Shown here: in pieces, positions 1-14,203 of the stretch
Layout: the number at the start of each line of letters is the position of its first letter
Numbering within the stretch: the stretch's first letter is position 1
Notes under the pieces: model-generated
What the model saw: the letters and a program-made list of their open reading frames with translations, nothing else
Databases searched by the model: none
What the model was told of the DNA's origin: nothing
NCBI GenBank assembly: GCA_951406725.2
Contig: OX597828.1
Span: 62,806,001-62,870,000, forward strand
Origin: Octopus vulgaris
Taxonomy: Eukaryota
Direction: 5' to 3'
Length of the DNA: 64,000 nt
Position numbers and translations under genes: made by a program

Positions 1-90
1 TTCTTGAGGTATCAAAATTTCTGTTAACCAATTGTGAGAGTCATTGGCAGAGTCCCACTGTAACAGTTTGGAAATTAATCTCTTTATTAT

Positions 91-401
91 CATATTTCTG
101 TTGAAACACACTTTTGTTTCAATTAAATTTTGAAAATAATGAAAACTTTAGTAGAATAACTTTATCACTAATTAAGCTGGTGTTTGCAACATAGATTTAC
201 TTGAAATATTGAGCTGACCTCTGGGTCTATGATACAAACTTCTTGTTTTGAAGGGAATTAAAACATTCCATTTAAATCTCATGTTATGTTTCAAACACCA
301 GCTTAATAATTTCAGTTATTTTACAAAATTCCTCTTTACTTTCAAAGTTAATTGAAACAATTGTAAAATATTTCAGCAGGAATATTGTAACAAAAAGGTC
401 A
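91..401. repeat. Two decayed copies of a MITE-like repeat in inverted orientation
   Basis: 91-200 is roughly the reverse complement of 270-400. Related sequence occurs at 12857-13053. Confidence 0.55.
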
Positions 402-504
402 AGACATATTTTTAAAAATCTTAATAGGTTTAGAAGAATCTGAATAAAACAAGTGATTGTGTTATTTGATAATCAGAAAATATGACAGATGATGATCTAT
501 TGAT

Positions 505-860
505 CTTTGGCTTGTCTCAATCATTGGACTGTAGCCATGCTGGGGTACTGTCTTGAAGGGAGTAGTTGAACACCTTAAGTCTATTAATGGTATTAATTCT
601 ATCAATCTCTTTTGTTGAATCCATTAAGCCTTAAGGATGTAAACAGACCAACACCGGTTGTCAAGCAAAGTTTGGGAACGAACACGAAGGCACAGACAAT
701 TGGCTCCTCTCACTTTCCCTTATCAAATTAATTCACAAAATGTTGGTCTGCTTGGGGTCATAGGAGAAAATACTTGCCCAAGTGGCTACACAGTGGAGCT
801 GAACCTGAAAGCATTTGGTTTGAAGCAAACTTCTTAATCCCACAGCCATACCGGCATCTA
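505..860 (-). mobile_element. tRNA-derived SINE with LINE-like 3' tail
   Basis: Minus-strand head has A/B-box-like motifs and CTTGGGCAAGT. The tail reads ACAGTACCCCAGCATGGCTACAGTCCAATGATTG. Confidence 0.7.
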
Positions 861-1389
861 AGTGCCTCTCACCTCCCTGACAGGGATTTGAACCCCAGTC
901 TCCCATGTGACTAGCAAAGAAATAAAAATCTGAAAAAAAATTATTTTTTAAAATCAGGATTACAACAGAAGATAATCCATTGTGTTACCCGTGGAAAGAA
1001 AATATGAATGATGATGATGATGATGATGCTTGAAAATCCAAAATTCAACATGGGGCTACATTTCATGCAGCAGCGCCAGGAGTCATGTTGTGTAAAAATA
1101 TAAAGTACCATGGAAAAATAGGTTCTGGGATGTTAAGGTCTTTTGTAAAAGCAGCATTTGATGAAAGGAAGTTGCAGAAAGTCAAGTACCAGCGATTTGG
1201 AATGTTAATAGTAAGATGGAACAAGATAAGCAAGCATGGCTCTTTGAATGCTGATGGAGTGATGGGGTGACTCAACCCATTTTGGAGGCTGTAAGACTTT
1301 GGCACTAGATCCAAACATACGCATACATGCAGAAATATATAATTTCCCTTTGTATAACGGTCATTTTTCATAGCATTTTTCCGATGGCC

Positions 1390-1451
1390 GGATAACTGAA
1401 GAGATGGCAGTGTGGATTTCCACCTCGGCATCCGAAACTCGGAGCTTTACC
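1390..1451 (+). ncRNA. Decayed type I hammerhead ribozyme motif (Penelope-like pLTR remnant)
   Basis: CTGAAGA at 1396, long stem II (GATG..GTGGA/TCCAC..CATC), GAAA at 1434, short stem III CTC-G-GAG. A (TA)n run follows at ~1553-1590. Confidence 0.5.
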
Positions 1452-1552
1452 ACAGCTACTGAATAATTGTCACATATTACATTTACAGATAAATTCCTCT
1501 ATTTACATAATATCAAGGTCTCTTTCTTTCTTTTGTTATCTTACCATTTTTA

Positions 1553-1593
<41 letters not shown>

Positions 1594-3119
1594 GAAAAGA
1601 ACATTACAATGTATTAATTAAACATGATTGATACTTTCTCTCTCCTCATATGCATGAGCAGAGAGAGAGACCTGAAAACATCTGATTTCAAATAAGTCAG
1701 CATTGAATCAGTCGTGCCAAAATGTCTCAAATGCTTAAAAGAAAATCAGCAACAAAAAATATATATATGTATTGATCAACAGTGAGTTTTTATTGAGATA
1801 TAATACCATGATTGGGTTTTTTGTTTTTACATTTTCTCCCAGTTTTTATTTATTTTATTTTATTTTATTTTTTGTAATTGTAAAGTTTCATGATTTTAAA
1901 AGGAAAAAAAAAAAAACATCAACAATCAAACTGATATTTGATACATAAAAAAAAATTTAAATATCAGATGTGAATAAGATTTGTTAATTTAAAACAACAA
2001 ATGAAATGATTGCGTTTATATATGTGTGTGTGTACGTATATATAATTTTTTTTACATGGGATGACATTATAGTTATCTCCCATTGCTTTTGAATTCTTCT
2101 AAGAAGACATGAAAGAGGTGTAAAAGGAAGCAGTTGACAATTTGTTCTACCATTACAATTAGTAAATTAACGAGGGATATTATACATTTAATAGACAAAC
2201 ACACAGCATAGGCACTTTTGGTGTGATAGAACAGATAGAGATGAAGGAAGATATGATTTACATTTTAAATGTGTTCTGTTGACAAACCAAGGGTAAGAAA
2301 AACCAAAATACACACACACCCTTCATCAAAAGGGTGGGGAAATAATTTTTGGGTGGAATAGAGACAGGTGATGCTAATATAAAAAAAAAGTGTGGGACTT
2401 TTTTTTCTGGATATTAAAAACACTGAGTACAAATTCACGTGATTATTTGACAATTCAAAAAAAAAAAAAAAAAAAGAAGCAGAAGAGACATTCATTATTA
2501 ACAAATGTTTTCTATATTAAGAATGTTTACAAAGGAAAGGAGTGGATTTAAAAGAATATTCTCTTATTTATTAGTTGACACTTATTTTATCAAGTTCACA
2601 GTGATGACAAAATATAAATTAAATAAACTTCACTCTGACTTGAACCCATAACATAGAGGTACAAAACTAAAGAGTATAAAATAGTTCCTTACTTGAATGT
2701 TTTAGCTAACAGCTGATCACCACCTGTATCGATAACACCCATCACAACTGTGAACCATAGTATGAAGATCATGAAATTAAAACATTTTTTCAAGACCTAA
2801 ATTATGCAGAAAGCAGCAGTGGTGGTGGTGGTGGGGGTTATCAGTTTGGCAATTCCTTTGCATTTGTGTAGATCTTATCACAAGTAAACTAACAAAAACA
2901 TCAATTACATTTGGTGAGTTATCCAGGCACCACTCTCTAATATTTATCAACAGTCAGTGGACTTGGCTATTTAGGAGTTAAATGTCGTCACCATAACACA
3001 AGGTAAAATGCAGACAGATAAGATATGAACCACTTACTTCTTAACTGGAAGCTTGACACACTATTTGCAACTCTCAGACAACACTTCTATTAGGTAAAAA
3101 TATATAAGGTAAACAACAT

Positions 3120-3513
3120 AGGCACAGGAGTGGCTGTGTGGTAAGTAGCTTGCTTACCAACCACATGGTCCTGGGTTCAGTCCCACTGCATGGCACCTTG
3201 GGCAAGTGTCTTCTATTATAGCTTTGGGTTGACCAAAGCCTTGTGAGTGGATTTGGTAGACAGAAACTGGAAGAAGCCTGTCTACATATATGTATGTATG
3301 TGTGTGTACATGTTTGTGTATCTGTTTGTCCCCTCAACATCACTTGACAACCGATGCTGGTGTGTTTACATCCCCATAACTTAGCAGTTCAATAAAAGAG
3401 ACCAGTAGAGTAAGTACTAGGCTTACAAAGAATAAACTCTGGGGTCAATTTATTTGACTAAAGGCGGTGCTCCAGCATGGCCGCAGTCAAATGACAAACA
3501 AATACAAGAATAA
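3120..3513 (+). mobile_element. Full-length tRNA-derived SINE
   Basis: A box TGGCTGTGTGG, B box GGTTCAGTCCC, core ACCTTGGGCAAGTG, internal (GT)n. The 3' tail GGCGGTGCTCCAGCATGGCCGCAGTCAAATGAC matches the LINE ends. Confidence 0.85.
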
Positions 3514-4514
3514 ACAACCAATCAAGCAGGGCTACATGGCACAATTTCATGTTGGAGTAATTGTACCTGATAAAATCCAATACATTGAAACAGTCCAGTC
3601 TACTACAATTTGACTTTACAAGGATATTTTTTTATATTTCTTGGTTGCTAAATGTCACTACTTATATCTTTACTCCTATTTATGTTTAATTTTATTTCCA
3701 AGTAATACATAAACATTACATTACATTACAAACTTCTTGCTAACATTTATGAGAAAAAAAGAAGAAAAAGAAACAAACAAGAAAGACAACAACAATTAGG
3801 AGTTAGATTTTAAAGACTTAAGTCACCAGGTTCAAACCCACATTCCACCTCAGCTAAAAAATATTTAAACAATGTCATTTAAAAAATAAAATTTGTTCTT
3901 CATTAATTAAAATTTAAAATTTTTGAGAACAATTAATGAAAATTTGGTAAATTACTGTTCAAAAGATTTGAACCTGAACTGGTCTTTTTCTACTCAGACT
4001 TTCATGCCAAGAATTAACCTGCAATAGTGAAGTATACAGTTCCAGAACAAACTGATGTGTAGCTTATTTGGAGCATAAAACAGATATCAATCAGAATTTC
4101 TGACCAGGAGTGTTTGGTTGTTTGATCAATGGAACTACCAAACTCATTGAATTTGGGTCCAAGGTAATCTTCAGGCAGAACCATCAAAACAATGAATTAA
4201 GGGTACAATCAGTTTTGGATACAATTCCCGATATCTCTAAATGGTTACTTGGGCATCAAATATTTTATTTGCTTAGCAGAACTGAATGGATCTACTCAAC
4301 AATAACAACATTTAAACTAGATTTTTATTCTCCGCACTTTTCATACATCAACATTCATTCTTATTAAATTCTGATCTCAGATCTGAGTCTGCAAGAACTA
4401 CAAGTATTTTAGAGTATATTACACCACAAATTTATATAATTAATGAGACTTAATTGATATAATGGTAAATTATCCATGAAATTGTGTGTATATTAATATT
4501 GTAATCCAATACCA

Positions 4515-4726
4515 GTTTCAAATTTTGGCACAAGGCCAGCAATTTCAGAGAAGGCAGGGAGAGGGGTAAGTGGATTACACTGACCCACCCCCACCCCAGT
4601 ACTCAACTGGTACTAATTTTATCAATCGTGAAAGGATGAAAGGCAGAGTTGACCTCAGAAACATTTGGACTCCAATCATAAAGTCCAAAGAAATGCCGCC
4701 AAGCATTTTGTCTGAGCTCACTGCCT
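4515..4726 (-). mobile_element. SINE family 2 copy (CpG-decayed)
   Basis: Reverse complement of the GTCGACTTTGCCTTTCATCC...AGTACCAG core seen at 56-57.8 kb. Confidence 0.7.
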
Positions 4727-7094
4727 AATTGTAATCCTACTTTGTTTTAGCCATTATGGCTAAGACCTATACATAAGACAATGAAGAACGAATATAGCAC
4801 AACTTTATAATTAGTTACAATTGTTTCTGTACCACTTCATTTCAAGCGCCATTGTAGATAAAATGAAAAGTTACATAATATGTGAGGTTAATTATATTGG
4901 AGTGGCACTTCCTTAGACTGGCATCACAGTATATTTTACACTATATGGATTTTTAAATATATAAAGTGTTCCATAATCATTAGTTTGACAAAATATACTG
5001 AGATTAACAGTTATGGATTAAATATCAGTTGATAAGAATTAGTTTTAACAGCTTCAGAAACTTTTACAAAACTTCAATCTCATAACAGCAATTAGTTTGA
5101 ATAAAAGTTGAAGATCTCTTAGAACATTAAGCAATATCTGATGGCCCCCTCCCATCACAGAAAAAAAATATATATTTACTCTGACTATCACATGTTTGAA
5201 AAGCTTCAAGAAGTAACAATGAGAGATGTTCATGGGAAAGTTAGACTAACAGAAGATACGCAGGAAGAGAACATGCAGAATATATATATTTATGCAGTAT
5301 ATACAACTTGGGAGGGATGTGGAGGAGAAAAATAATAATAATAATAGAACAAAGAACAACAAAAAATAATTGAATTCAGATTTAAAAAAGATACAGACCA
5401 TTTTTAATTCAAGGTTTTCATTATACAAAAAAAAAGAAAAAGTTTATGAGACATTTTAAACCAGGAAAGAATTCAATATTGGCATGAAAGTATTGAAATA
5501 TGAAAGAATAGGTAAGGCACAAAAATGGACCAAAAATCATTGGTCGAATGAGAATATTCCTTTCAATCACTTTTATATATATAAAAAAAAGATTATTTGT
5601 TCAACAAGTTACATAGAAACTAATTTGTCATTAACAGCATCTTAGAGATAGAACAACTGGTTGTATTGAATAAGAGGCTTCATTAAATTTAATATTTATT
5701 AAAATAGAAACCACATGGGTATAATTATACGAACCACTTTTATTTTTTTATTTGTTTTGGAGGGTGGTGCATTTCAATAAAATCAAAAAAGATAAGGAGA
5801 AATATATTTTGAATGGCACTAAAAATATATGTCCAAAAATTATTATTTAATTAAAACACTAAAAAAGTAAAACTAATATTAATTTTTGTTTGTTTTAAAT
5901 CTTAACATGTTTCTATTTGAGTATTTTAGAAATTCTGTATAAGACATTTGTCAACTTTTCACTACATCGGCCAGTTACAAATAGCTAACAATTCGACAAT
6001 CTACATATTTGTAGATATTTGTGGTCTTTTTACCAATTTACAGATTGTTAACAGTTGTTCTAAACATAAAGGTCCATGCAAGTTTGATAATGCCAACAAA
6101 TAGGAAGAGCTTGTTATTGCTAATAATAATAATAATATTATAGAACCATACAGATGGCTTACTTTTGTCCATATGAAATACCTGTATGGTTTAACAAAAC
6201 AGAACAATATAAATATACAGAGCATTACACCAGATATTAGAAAACAAGGCTTTGCCAATTAAACAGTAAATAGAGGTAAAATGGCAGAGATGCTAAAGTG
6301 TAGATCTACAAACCATAGAGTCACAGGTTCAAACCTCACTACTATGGTTACCAATTTTTTTTTCTTTTTACTTTTGGACAAAGCATAGTTTTACTTGCCT
6401 CAGTTTGTGAGGTTGATGAATAACAAGTTCACTGCCTTTTTTCTTTTTATTACAGTTTGGTGATTGGAAGATCATCCAGTCATAAAATAACAATTTATCC
6501 AGTAATTATGCAAACAACTAACCAATGATACCTGGTTTCTCACAGGGCAAATTTTTAAGGAAACTATTTCGAGAAGGCCATTACGCACATGTGCAACAGC
6601 AATCATGATTGCAACTTGAACCCATGTCATGCTAAGGCAACTATTACTGAATAAAGAATATTAACAGAAACTTTACAGAAAAAAAAATGGCAAGAAACGG
6701 AGCAAGAGAGAAAGAGATTGAAGATGGAAGAAAGATTAAGTAGTCACTGATTTCCTTTCATTAGTGTAATTACAATTCACTTTCATGCTAATTACAAACA
6801 TGTAAACTTAATACACCTTCAACATCCTACCGAATAGACAGCCTCTGTGTAGTCACAATTCTTGCTAGAAACAGAAGCTGAATTTGTCTCAAATCACACC
6901 CAACCATTGACATTATATAATGCAGCCTGAGGTAGACTTTGCTTAGGGTTAAAAAAGAGGATGGATTGGTCAGGACATGAACCTTAATCATCACTGCTAT
7001 GGTGTGTGGAAACCTCACATAGAAGTATTTCTTAGGCACCACATAAGAAATATGAGAAAAGAGGAGTTTCTTACTGCCAGAAGACAGCAACTAG

Positions 7095-7558
7095 AGTTGA
7101 AGCAAAGTGAAATCAAAATCAAATCAAATTCGATGACTGGCACCTGTGCCAGTGGAACGGTAAGAGCACCATCCGAGCTTGATCACTGCCAGAGCAACTG
7201 ACTGGCTTCCGTACTGGTGGCACATAAAAAGTACCATTCAAGTGTGATTGTTACCAGCATTGCTGGTGGTGCATGAAAAACATTCAAGCGAGGTTGTTGC
7301 TTGTGCCGCTAGATTGGTTCCTGTGCTGGTGGCACATAAAAAACACCACTTGAGCGTGGCCGTTGCCAGTACCACCTGACTGGCCCTCATGCCAGTGGCA
7401 CATAAAAAGCACCCACTACACTCTCGGAGTGGTTGGCGTTAGGAAGGGCATCCAGCTGCCAGATTGGAGCCTGGTGCAGCTATCTGGTTCACCAGTCCTC
7501 AGTCAAATCATCCAACCCATGCTGGCATGGAAAGTGGACATTAAATGATGATGATGAT
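7095..7558 (+). mobile_element. SINE 3' segment with internal tandem units (CTGGTGGCACATAAAAA) and (GAT)n tail
   Basis: About four degenerate internal units. A related fragment lies at 51785-51945. Confidence 0.6.
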
Positions 7559-9964
7559 GTGTGTGTGTGTGTTGTTAACTGTCAGTATTAAAAGAGTACT
7601 CATTACCATGCTGGAGATTAATAATATAATTCCGTTTGGTCAGGTTGGTCTCTGACCAGTCTGAGTTTCACCTGTAGGTACACAGGATCTTCAGGCAAGT
7701 TATGACTCATAATTTAAATGAAGACTCTGTGCATTCATTAGGTGAAACTCAGAGTAGCCAGAGACTGACTTGGCCAAAATAAAATATCTCTCTGTCAATC
7801 AGACTATCAGACCTCACTAGTCACAATGCACTTCCAGTTATCTTGATCGCATCACTCTTTTCCCTTTTGTTCCAAATTGTTTAACTAAATCGTCTTCCCA
7901 ACATTGTGGAGGCCTTCCAAGTGGCTTTTCCCAACCTCTTGGAACTGCATGGGTTTACCTGTTGTCTGTGAACCTTATGGCATGCCCAACCCAGCAGAAC
8001 TTGTGCTTTCAGTATTCTGCGATCAAATCATTCACTCCACTCCATTCTCAGATTATCTCATTTCGAATGTGTGTGTGTGTGCTTGTGCGTTTACACACAC
8101 ACACACACACACACACCAGCAAGTGTATGTTTGTTTGTTTATTGATACATTAGTTGAAGATCGTAAGAATTCAAAAACTTTCAGAGACATAAATTGTTTT
8201 TAACAGTGGAACTCCAAGAAGATAAAACTCTAAATAATAGCATTAGGGTGGTTAACTGATAAATATAAACAAACATTTACTAATGAAAGATTCAATACTG
8301 GAAGAAAAAAAAAAGAGTGAAATTTATTATATAATGATGTTGACTATAACTTCAAATTTCATCTCTCAAGGCTGAATGAACTGGTTTAAATAACAGCATG
8401 GATGAATGCAGTCCTAGGATTACCTTGGAGAGTAGTCCTTTCCCATCATGGATCTACAGAGCAGCCATGAACTCAACAACTACAAGCTAAAGAAACACTC
8501 ATGAATTTTACAGTGCTCCTACCAAAAGCATTGGAGAGCGAGCAGTGCCTACTTGTTACAGCTAGAGGGGCTGGGCCATTGAGAATGAGCCATTCTGCAG
8601 ACTTACATGCAGTGGAACCGGTGTATGAACCCTTGACTGCTTAGCAAGCTCATTTGTTCCTTACTCTCTCAGAAACATCTACAGTTCTTATCCAGGATGG
8701 TCACCAAATACAAAGTCACACATCATTCCAAACTATATCAAAAGAAAGACCCCCATCCCCCATGTTTCATAGAGAAGACAGTTGCCAACACTGAAGCTGT
8801 GTCCCCTCACTCTCTCCCTAACCCTTCTTCCTTAACAGCTTCGGGTCTTTGCAACCCACTTATTACATCTACTCTCCCTACTTCCCATGGTGATGCATTG
8901 AGCCCAATGTTGTGACATGTGCTTCACCTACTCCACCCACTTCTCACAGTGACTCACCATCTTGACCCCTTCCTTAACACTTCACATAATCCTTTTTTTC
9001 CCTAGAACCATATCACAAACTTTCCAATTCATATTTTATCCTTGAACCAATTTTGCTATAAAAAAAAAAAATCTCAAATTCTGGCTGGAGGCAATTCAAT
9101 TGCTGAAGAATTCCTGGGGAAGACCTGAACATAACAGCTAACACTTTTCTCTTCCTACAAAAATCACAGAACTAAACATCTCTTTTTTTTTTAAATTTAA
9201 AATAAAATTAGAAAAAATTTCTTTAAGTTTTCTTCAGACAATTAGGTTCAATGGTTTTGTAAACTTTTGGATTAAATTCTTTGGAGAATATTCCAGTTCT
9301 ATGAGTAACTACTGACAACATTTTTTCACTACATAACAGGAATTCCATTTTTTTACACGATACATCGGAAGTTGATCAATTGTTAGATTTAAGTTAAAAA
9401 AAAAAAGCAGGGGTGGAATTACGAATTGTCCAAATGTTGACATGCAAGAATAGGTGTCATGGTTGACCGATTAGTAGTTGTTGAAACCTAATCAAAGTCA
9501 GACATTTCTGGAGAACAGTTTTTTCAAACATTTCAGCAAATATAGACAGACAGAAACCTGCCTTCGTTGGGAGACAGACAGATTGACGAAGCAGTCTTTT
9601 GTGGTAATGATGTGGAAATAAAGCATGTGAAAATGATGATGTTAATGATGACAATGATGATGCTGATAGTGATGGTGATAACACTCATTTAGCTGCGTGA
9701 CATTGTTGTATAACTTGGTAACCTGATGTAGACAGACAGAAAGAAAGAGATAGAGGTGGGGAGAGGGAGGGGGAGGAAGGGAGAGAAACGGTTCCAAATA
9801 AAAAGGGTGCAACATTTTGCAACACAAAGAGGAGCAGCAGCTCAGGTTTGGTTTGAAATGTCAGTTTTAATATACTGATTATTGTTTATTACACAAAGAC
9901 ATCCTCAGCCTCTTCCGCTGAGTCTAATATTTGGTAATCATACATACATACATACATACATACA

Positions 9965-10026
<62 letters not shown>

Positions 10027-10506
10027 AGTATGTCGCTTCTTCAGAAGAATTCAGTCTGTAGTTTGTAGAGATGCTGTTTTGGTTTCATCAAGATTTCTCG
10101 TGTCCCTCCTCTCTTAAGTCTGTGTTTAATCCATGACCGAAGTCACACAAGAATCTGAGATTTGGAAGAAAGGGAGGAAGCATGAGGGGGGGGGGGCACA
10201 AACATTTTTTTCTTTTTAAATCAAGGTCTATAAAGAAACAACCAAAGAATATTATACCTTTTCATTAGAATTCATTAGAAAAGGAATGTAAAAAGGAAAT
10301 ATAGTCTTAAATGAATACGATCCTCATTAAGGGACAGAAATAAAACAAAAAAAAAAAGGTGGTAGGGCATTCCTCTTTCTTTGGTTTTAGCTAAAGTTCT
10401 CTAGCAGCGCCATCTTGTCTATTGTACAATGTTCATTTAGATTTGTTCAGTCTGCCAATTCTTAATCTGCCTTCTCTGTCTTTTATTCAACAGACAAGCA
10501 TCCATC

Positions 10507-10545
<39 letters not shown>

Positions 10546-10566
10546 GCTTTCTTGATCAGTTTATAT

Positions 10567-10812
10567 TCAGGAATTCTGTGAGCTACCTCTTTTGAAAATG
10601 TTCAGACTCTTAAAGAATGCTCTCAACCGACGAATACGGTTCCGTTTACGATTCTGTTTCTCCATAGCAGCAAGAGCTTCTCTTTCTTTATGTCGGATCT
10701 CTCTCACTAAACTGTGGAAAACATCATCAACACACTGTCGAAGAATGGCAGACGTTTCGTAGAATGGACAACCAAATTGAACTGCTAAAGCAGAACCTTC
10801 ATCTGATGAAAC
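10567..10812 (-). CDS. RIT1: RIT1/RIT2-like GTPase, last coding exon (VSSDEG...YETSA...KRGSSQNS*)
   Basis: ttgcAG acceptor, G5 motif [16 protein letters not shown], a polybasic C-terminus without CAAX (typical of RIT/Ric), and TGA at 10569-10567. Confidence 0.95.
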   Translation of the reverse strand, partial: VSSDEGSALAVQFGCPFYETSAILRQCVDDVFHSLVREIRHKEREALAAMEKQNRKRNRIRRLRAFFKSLNIFKRGSSQNS

Positions 10813-10904
10813 CTGCAACAGAATCGAACAAAGAATTCATGAAAGGAATTAAACTATCCAAACAAGAAATACACAAAAAGAATTTTTTTAAAATATCCAA
10901 CACA

Positions 10905-11080
10905 TTTCTTTATCTTTTACTAGTATCAGTCGGACCGTGGCCATGCTGGGGCATGACCTTGAAAGGGTTAGTCAACCTAATTGACCCCAGTTCTTATTTT
11001 TAAGTCCAGGACATATTCTATTATTCTTTTTTGCTGAACTCCTATGGGGACATAAACAAACCAACACCAGTTGTCAAGCA
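10905..11080 (-). mobile_element. SINE 3' fragment in the last RIT intron
   Basis: Reverse complement TGCCCCAGCATGGCCACGGTCCGACTG...GTAAAAGATAAAG; same family as 505-860. Confidence 0.65.
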
Positions 11081-11100
11081 CTAGGAGAAACACAAAGAAA

Positions 11101-11245
<145 letters not shown>

Positions 11246-11345
11246 CACAAGAGGGAATGACAATGAGAAATAGACAGACAAGAATGAACAGAGAGAGGTG
11301 AGATATTAGTGGAGAGAAAGTGAAGAGGAAGAAATGTCACCAAAC

Positions 11346-11537
11346 CTTTCTCATCTCTTCCAAGTCACACTTGTTGCCGACCATTACAATAGGAATATCT
11401 TCACGATTTCGAACCCGGTCAATCAATTTCTTGTAGGTGATGGCTTCTTCAAAACTTCTTCGGTCAGTAATGGAATAGCAGATGATGAAACCTTCACCTT
11501 TCCTCATGTACTGCTCACGCATGGCTGTGAATTCAGG
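11346..11537 (-). CDS. RIT1: RIT1/RIT2-like GTPase, internal coding exon (192 bp; [17 protein letters not shown]...[12 protein letters not shown])
   Basis: ttgcAG acceptor, AAG|GTTTGG donor, phase 0 at both ends. Has RIT-specific [11 protein letters not shown] and the G4 motif NKCD. Confidence 0.95.
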
Positions 11538-12257
11538 CTGCAATGGAGATTACGACCATTGTATCTTGATTCAATGTTTCTTGTGATTACTGTCAGATAT
11601 ATTGGGGATGTTGATGTTATTGATGACAATGATGATGATGATGTGGTGATGGTGCTGGTGGTGGTGCAGTTGTTGGTGTTGTCATCATTGATGGGATGTG
11701 ACATTGGTGGTGGTGGCCATGTCAGTGATTGCCCCAATGTGCCATTGGCAGAGGTTGTGATCTGTGACAGTAGTCATGTTGAGGTGGGGGGGAGAGGGCG
11801 TGTCATCAGCAGGGACTGTGTGGTTGTCAGTGCTGTGGATGGCTGTTGTGAACGTGGCATTTGGTACCAGGTCAATTCAGACCCAATAGGCCTGTGATCA
11901 AAGACATTCCACACATGACTAACCCATCTTTCTAGGGGATTACATTAAATCATGTGCTCCCTTTTTTTAAAACAGTGTGGTTTGTTTTAAAAGAAATTTG
12001 GCTGCCATTTCCAGTAAATCAATTGACCATACAAAGACATTGGTTGAATCATATTTATGTGTGTGTGTGTGTTTGTGTATGTGTGTGCGAATGTGCGTGT
12101 GCGAGTGTGTGTGTGTGTGTGTACACAATCCAGCACAGTTTGTGTGTTTGTATATTTACGAAAATGTGTGACAGTCATAAAATATCTAAGGTATACCCAT
12201 CCTACCCAAACATTCTACCACTCCATCTTTTCACCCCATTGTCCATAAGTCACCTAC

Positions 12258-12331
12258 CTGTCCAGCAGTGTCCAGAATGTCCAGCTGAGCCGGCTCACCA
12301 TCAATGCGAGCTTGTTGTTGGTAGGCATCCT
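12258..12331 (-). CDS. RIT1: RIT1/RIT2-like GTPase, internal coding exon (74 bp; EDAYQQQARIDGEPAQLDILDTAGQ)
   Basis: cacttacAG acceptor and CAG|GTAGGT donor. Completes the HDPTIEDAY effector loop and contains the G3 motif DTAGQ. Translated by hand; not in the ORF track. Confidence 0.93.
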
Positions 12332-12856
12332 CTGTAAGTGAGAAAGAATGGAAGTTGGTCAGAACTCATGGTTATGATAAGTCAACAGCAAAGAGAAATC
12401 ATAGCTAAGACGGATCAACAAAAACAAATCATAGCTATGATAGTTCAGAGAAAATAATATTTAAGACTAGTGAAAATAAGTCATAACTATGATGAGTCAG
12501 TTACAATTTATTAATTAAACAGTAAAGATATGTCATATGATGAATGACTGGTGGCAGATCACAGTTATGATGAGTTGATTTTCAATCATAGATATTACAA
12601 GTCAATGATTGTAATTACTGATAGTGATTTTTTTTTAATTGTTAACTCATATGAAACAAATTATTAAAAAAAACTGTCACCTCACTGGAAACTTGGTCTT
12701 AGAATCTACTCGTGCCATATTTCTAACAAATATACTTAACTCTCTCCAAAACATCTTTAATTGTAATTTCAAAGTAATTCAAACAGGAAACACGAGGAAA
12801 ATTTTGTGAAGTGTCACCAAGATCTAGCAGTCAAGGAATCCAAGGAATAATATTAA

Positions 12857-13053
12857 CCGTTGTGTTGCCATATTTCTGTTGAAATCCTTTGTTTCAATTA
12901 ATTTTGAAAATAAAATAACTTTGTCATCGTTAAAATATTTGGAACATAGATTGCTATGAAGTCTTGAAGGAAGGCTTTCATTTAAATCACTTTAACCGAG
13001 GAAGTTCGTTTCATAGGACCAAGGGGGCGGAGCTCATATGGACATTGAAAGGG
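12857..13053. mobile_element. piggyBac-like MITE (decayed)
   Basis: TTAA on both sides; termini CCGTT...AAGGG. Confidence 0.5.
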
Positions 13054-13699
13054 TTAATAGAAATTGTCATGATAAATGGGATCACAATCTTAACAGTAGT
13101 GATTGGGATAATCAATAAGTTTAGAAGAGATTGATCCTAAACCATCATCATCACCCATCTACAATGCTGGAATGGGTCGAACAGTTTGGCAGGATCCAAT
13201 GAACCAGAGAACTGCATCGTCTGCTTTGGATCGTTTCCCTTCCTAAGCAGAACCATTTTACAGAATGTACTGGATGGTTTGTTTGTTATTTCTTTGTTTT
13301 TTGTTGTTGTTTTTTTATATCTTTAAGTGGCACCAGCAGTAAATCTCTACAGTTTTAATCTGGTCAAATCTTCCTTTATTGATGTGCTGACAGAACATAA
13401 ATGATTTTTTTTTTAAGAAAAGAACCCCCCCACCCATATAACCCAGGCCTTGTGAGTGAAATTGCATAGAAGCTTATAATGCACACAATTCATAGCTCAG
13501 CCTCATACCACTCCATGTCTCATCAGGCATCTTTGGTCAACCTCCCTTTATTGTAAAGGTATTTCAATCAGGTCATTGGTCTAAAGAATTCTTTGATATC
13601 TTAATAAACTATTTCCTTTTAATTCTACCTGGGTGTTGTGGTTTCTTCTGGTTGTTACACCCTTCCCATCACAAAGCTGCTGCCTTGCCTTCTCCACTT

Positions 13700-14040
13700 C
13701 AGATGACATGTGTTTATTGCTTCTGGCCATGTGGCAGCAACAGCAGCATTGCTCATCAACAGGAAACATATATGATTGTTCAATCTGGCAGCAGCATCTC
13801 AAAATTTCAATATTCTTTGGGCTGTCCACTGTCATTCTTCAATGGAGAGGGAACATGAGAGAGTTTGATGCTTGGCTGTTTGTGTCCGGAGGTCTGGTTC
13901 CAGATCCCTCTTCAGCGTGTCTTTGAAGTGGAGCCTTTGTTGTCTTGTCTGTAGGTTTAGTTCCTTCTCTCTGAACATTAGAGTAAGATCTACAGCTGCA
14001 AGGCATCCTTGCAAGATGTCCAGCTCATTGGAGGCAGGTG
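13700..14040 (-). mobile_element. Old RTE-like LINE 3' remnant
   Basis: Minus-strand translation RLHFKDTLKRDL resembles the RTE C-terminal RLRF/YKDxxKRDL motif. Boundaries approximate. Confidence 0.4.
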
Positions 14041-14146
14041 ATGGTGAGTTTGAGCAAGGCTGAGATCTGATAAAAATAATAAAAAGATACAAAAAAAAAG
14101 AACAAAAGAAAAAAGAGTAAAAAGGAGAACAACAGTGAATACTCAC

Positions 14147-14203
14147 CTATTGTAGGGTCATGGTATTCTAAAAATCTGTGGCAAACAAACTGGATGACAA
14201 GGG
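14147..14203 (-). CDS. RIT1: RIT1/RIT2-like GTPase, internal coding exon (57 bp; ALVIQFVCHRFLEYHDPTI)
   Basis: Minus strand has a tttccAG acceptor and a G|GTGAGT donor. The exon encodes the RIT-type effector start HDPTI, and its phase joins the next exon (G+AG = Glu). Confidence 0.92.

Noticed and set aside
3120-3195. Possible tRNA gene
   Set aside because: A/B boxes run into a SINE body and tail, there are many decayed copies and no clean cloverleaf.
11334-11897. 187-aa + strand ORF
   Set aside because: Antisense shadow of a RIT exon plus (GAT)n/(GGT)n low-complexity sequence.
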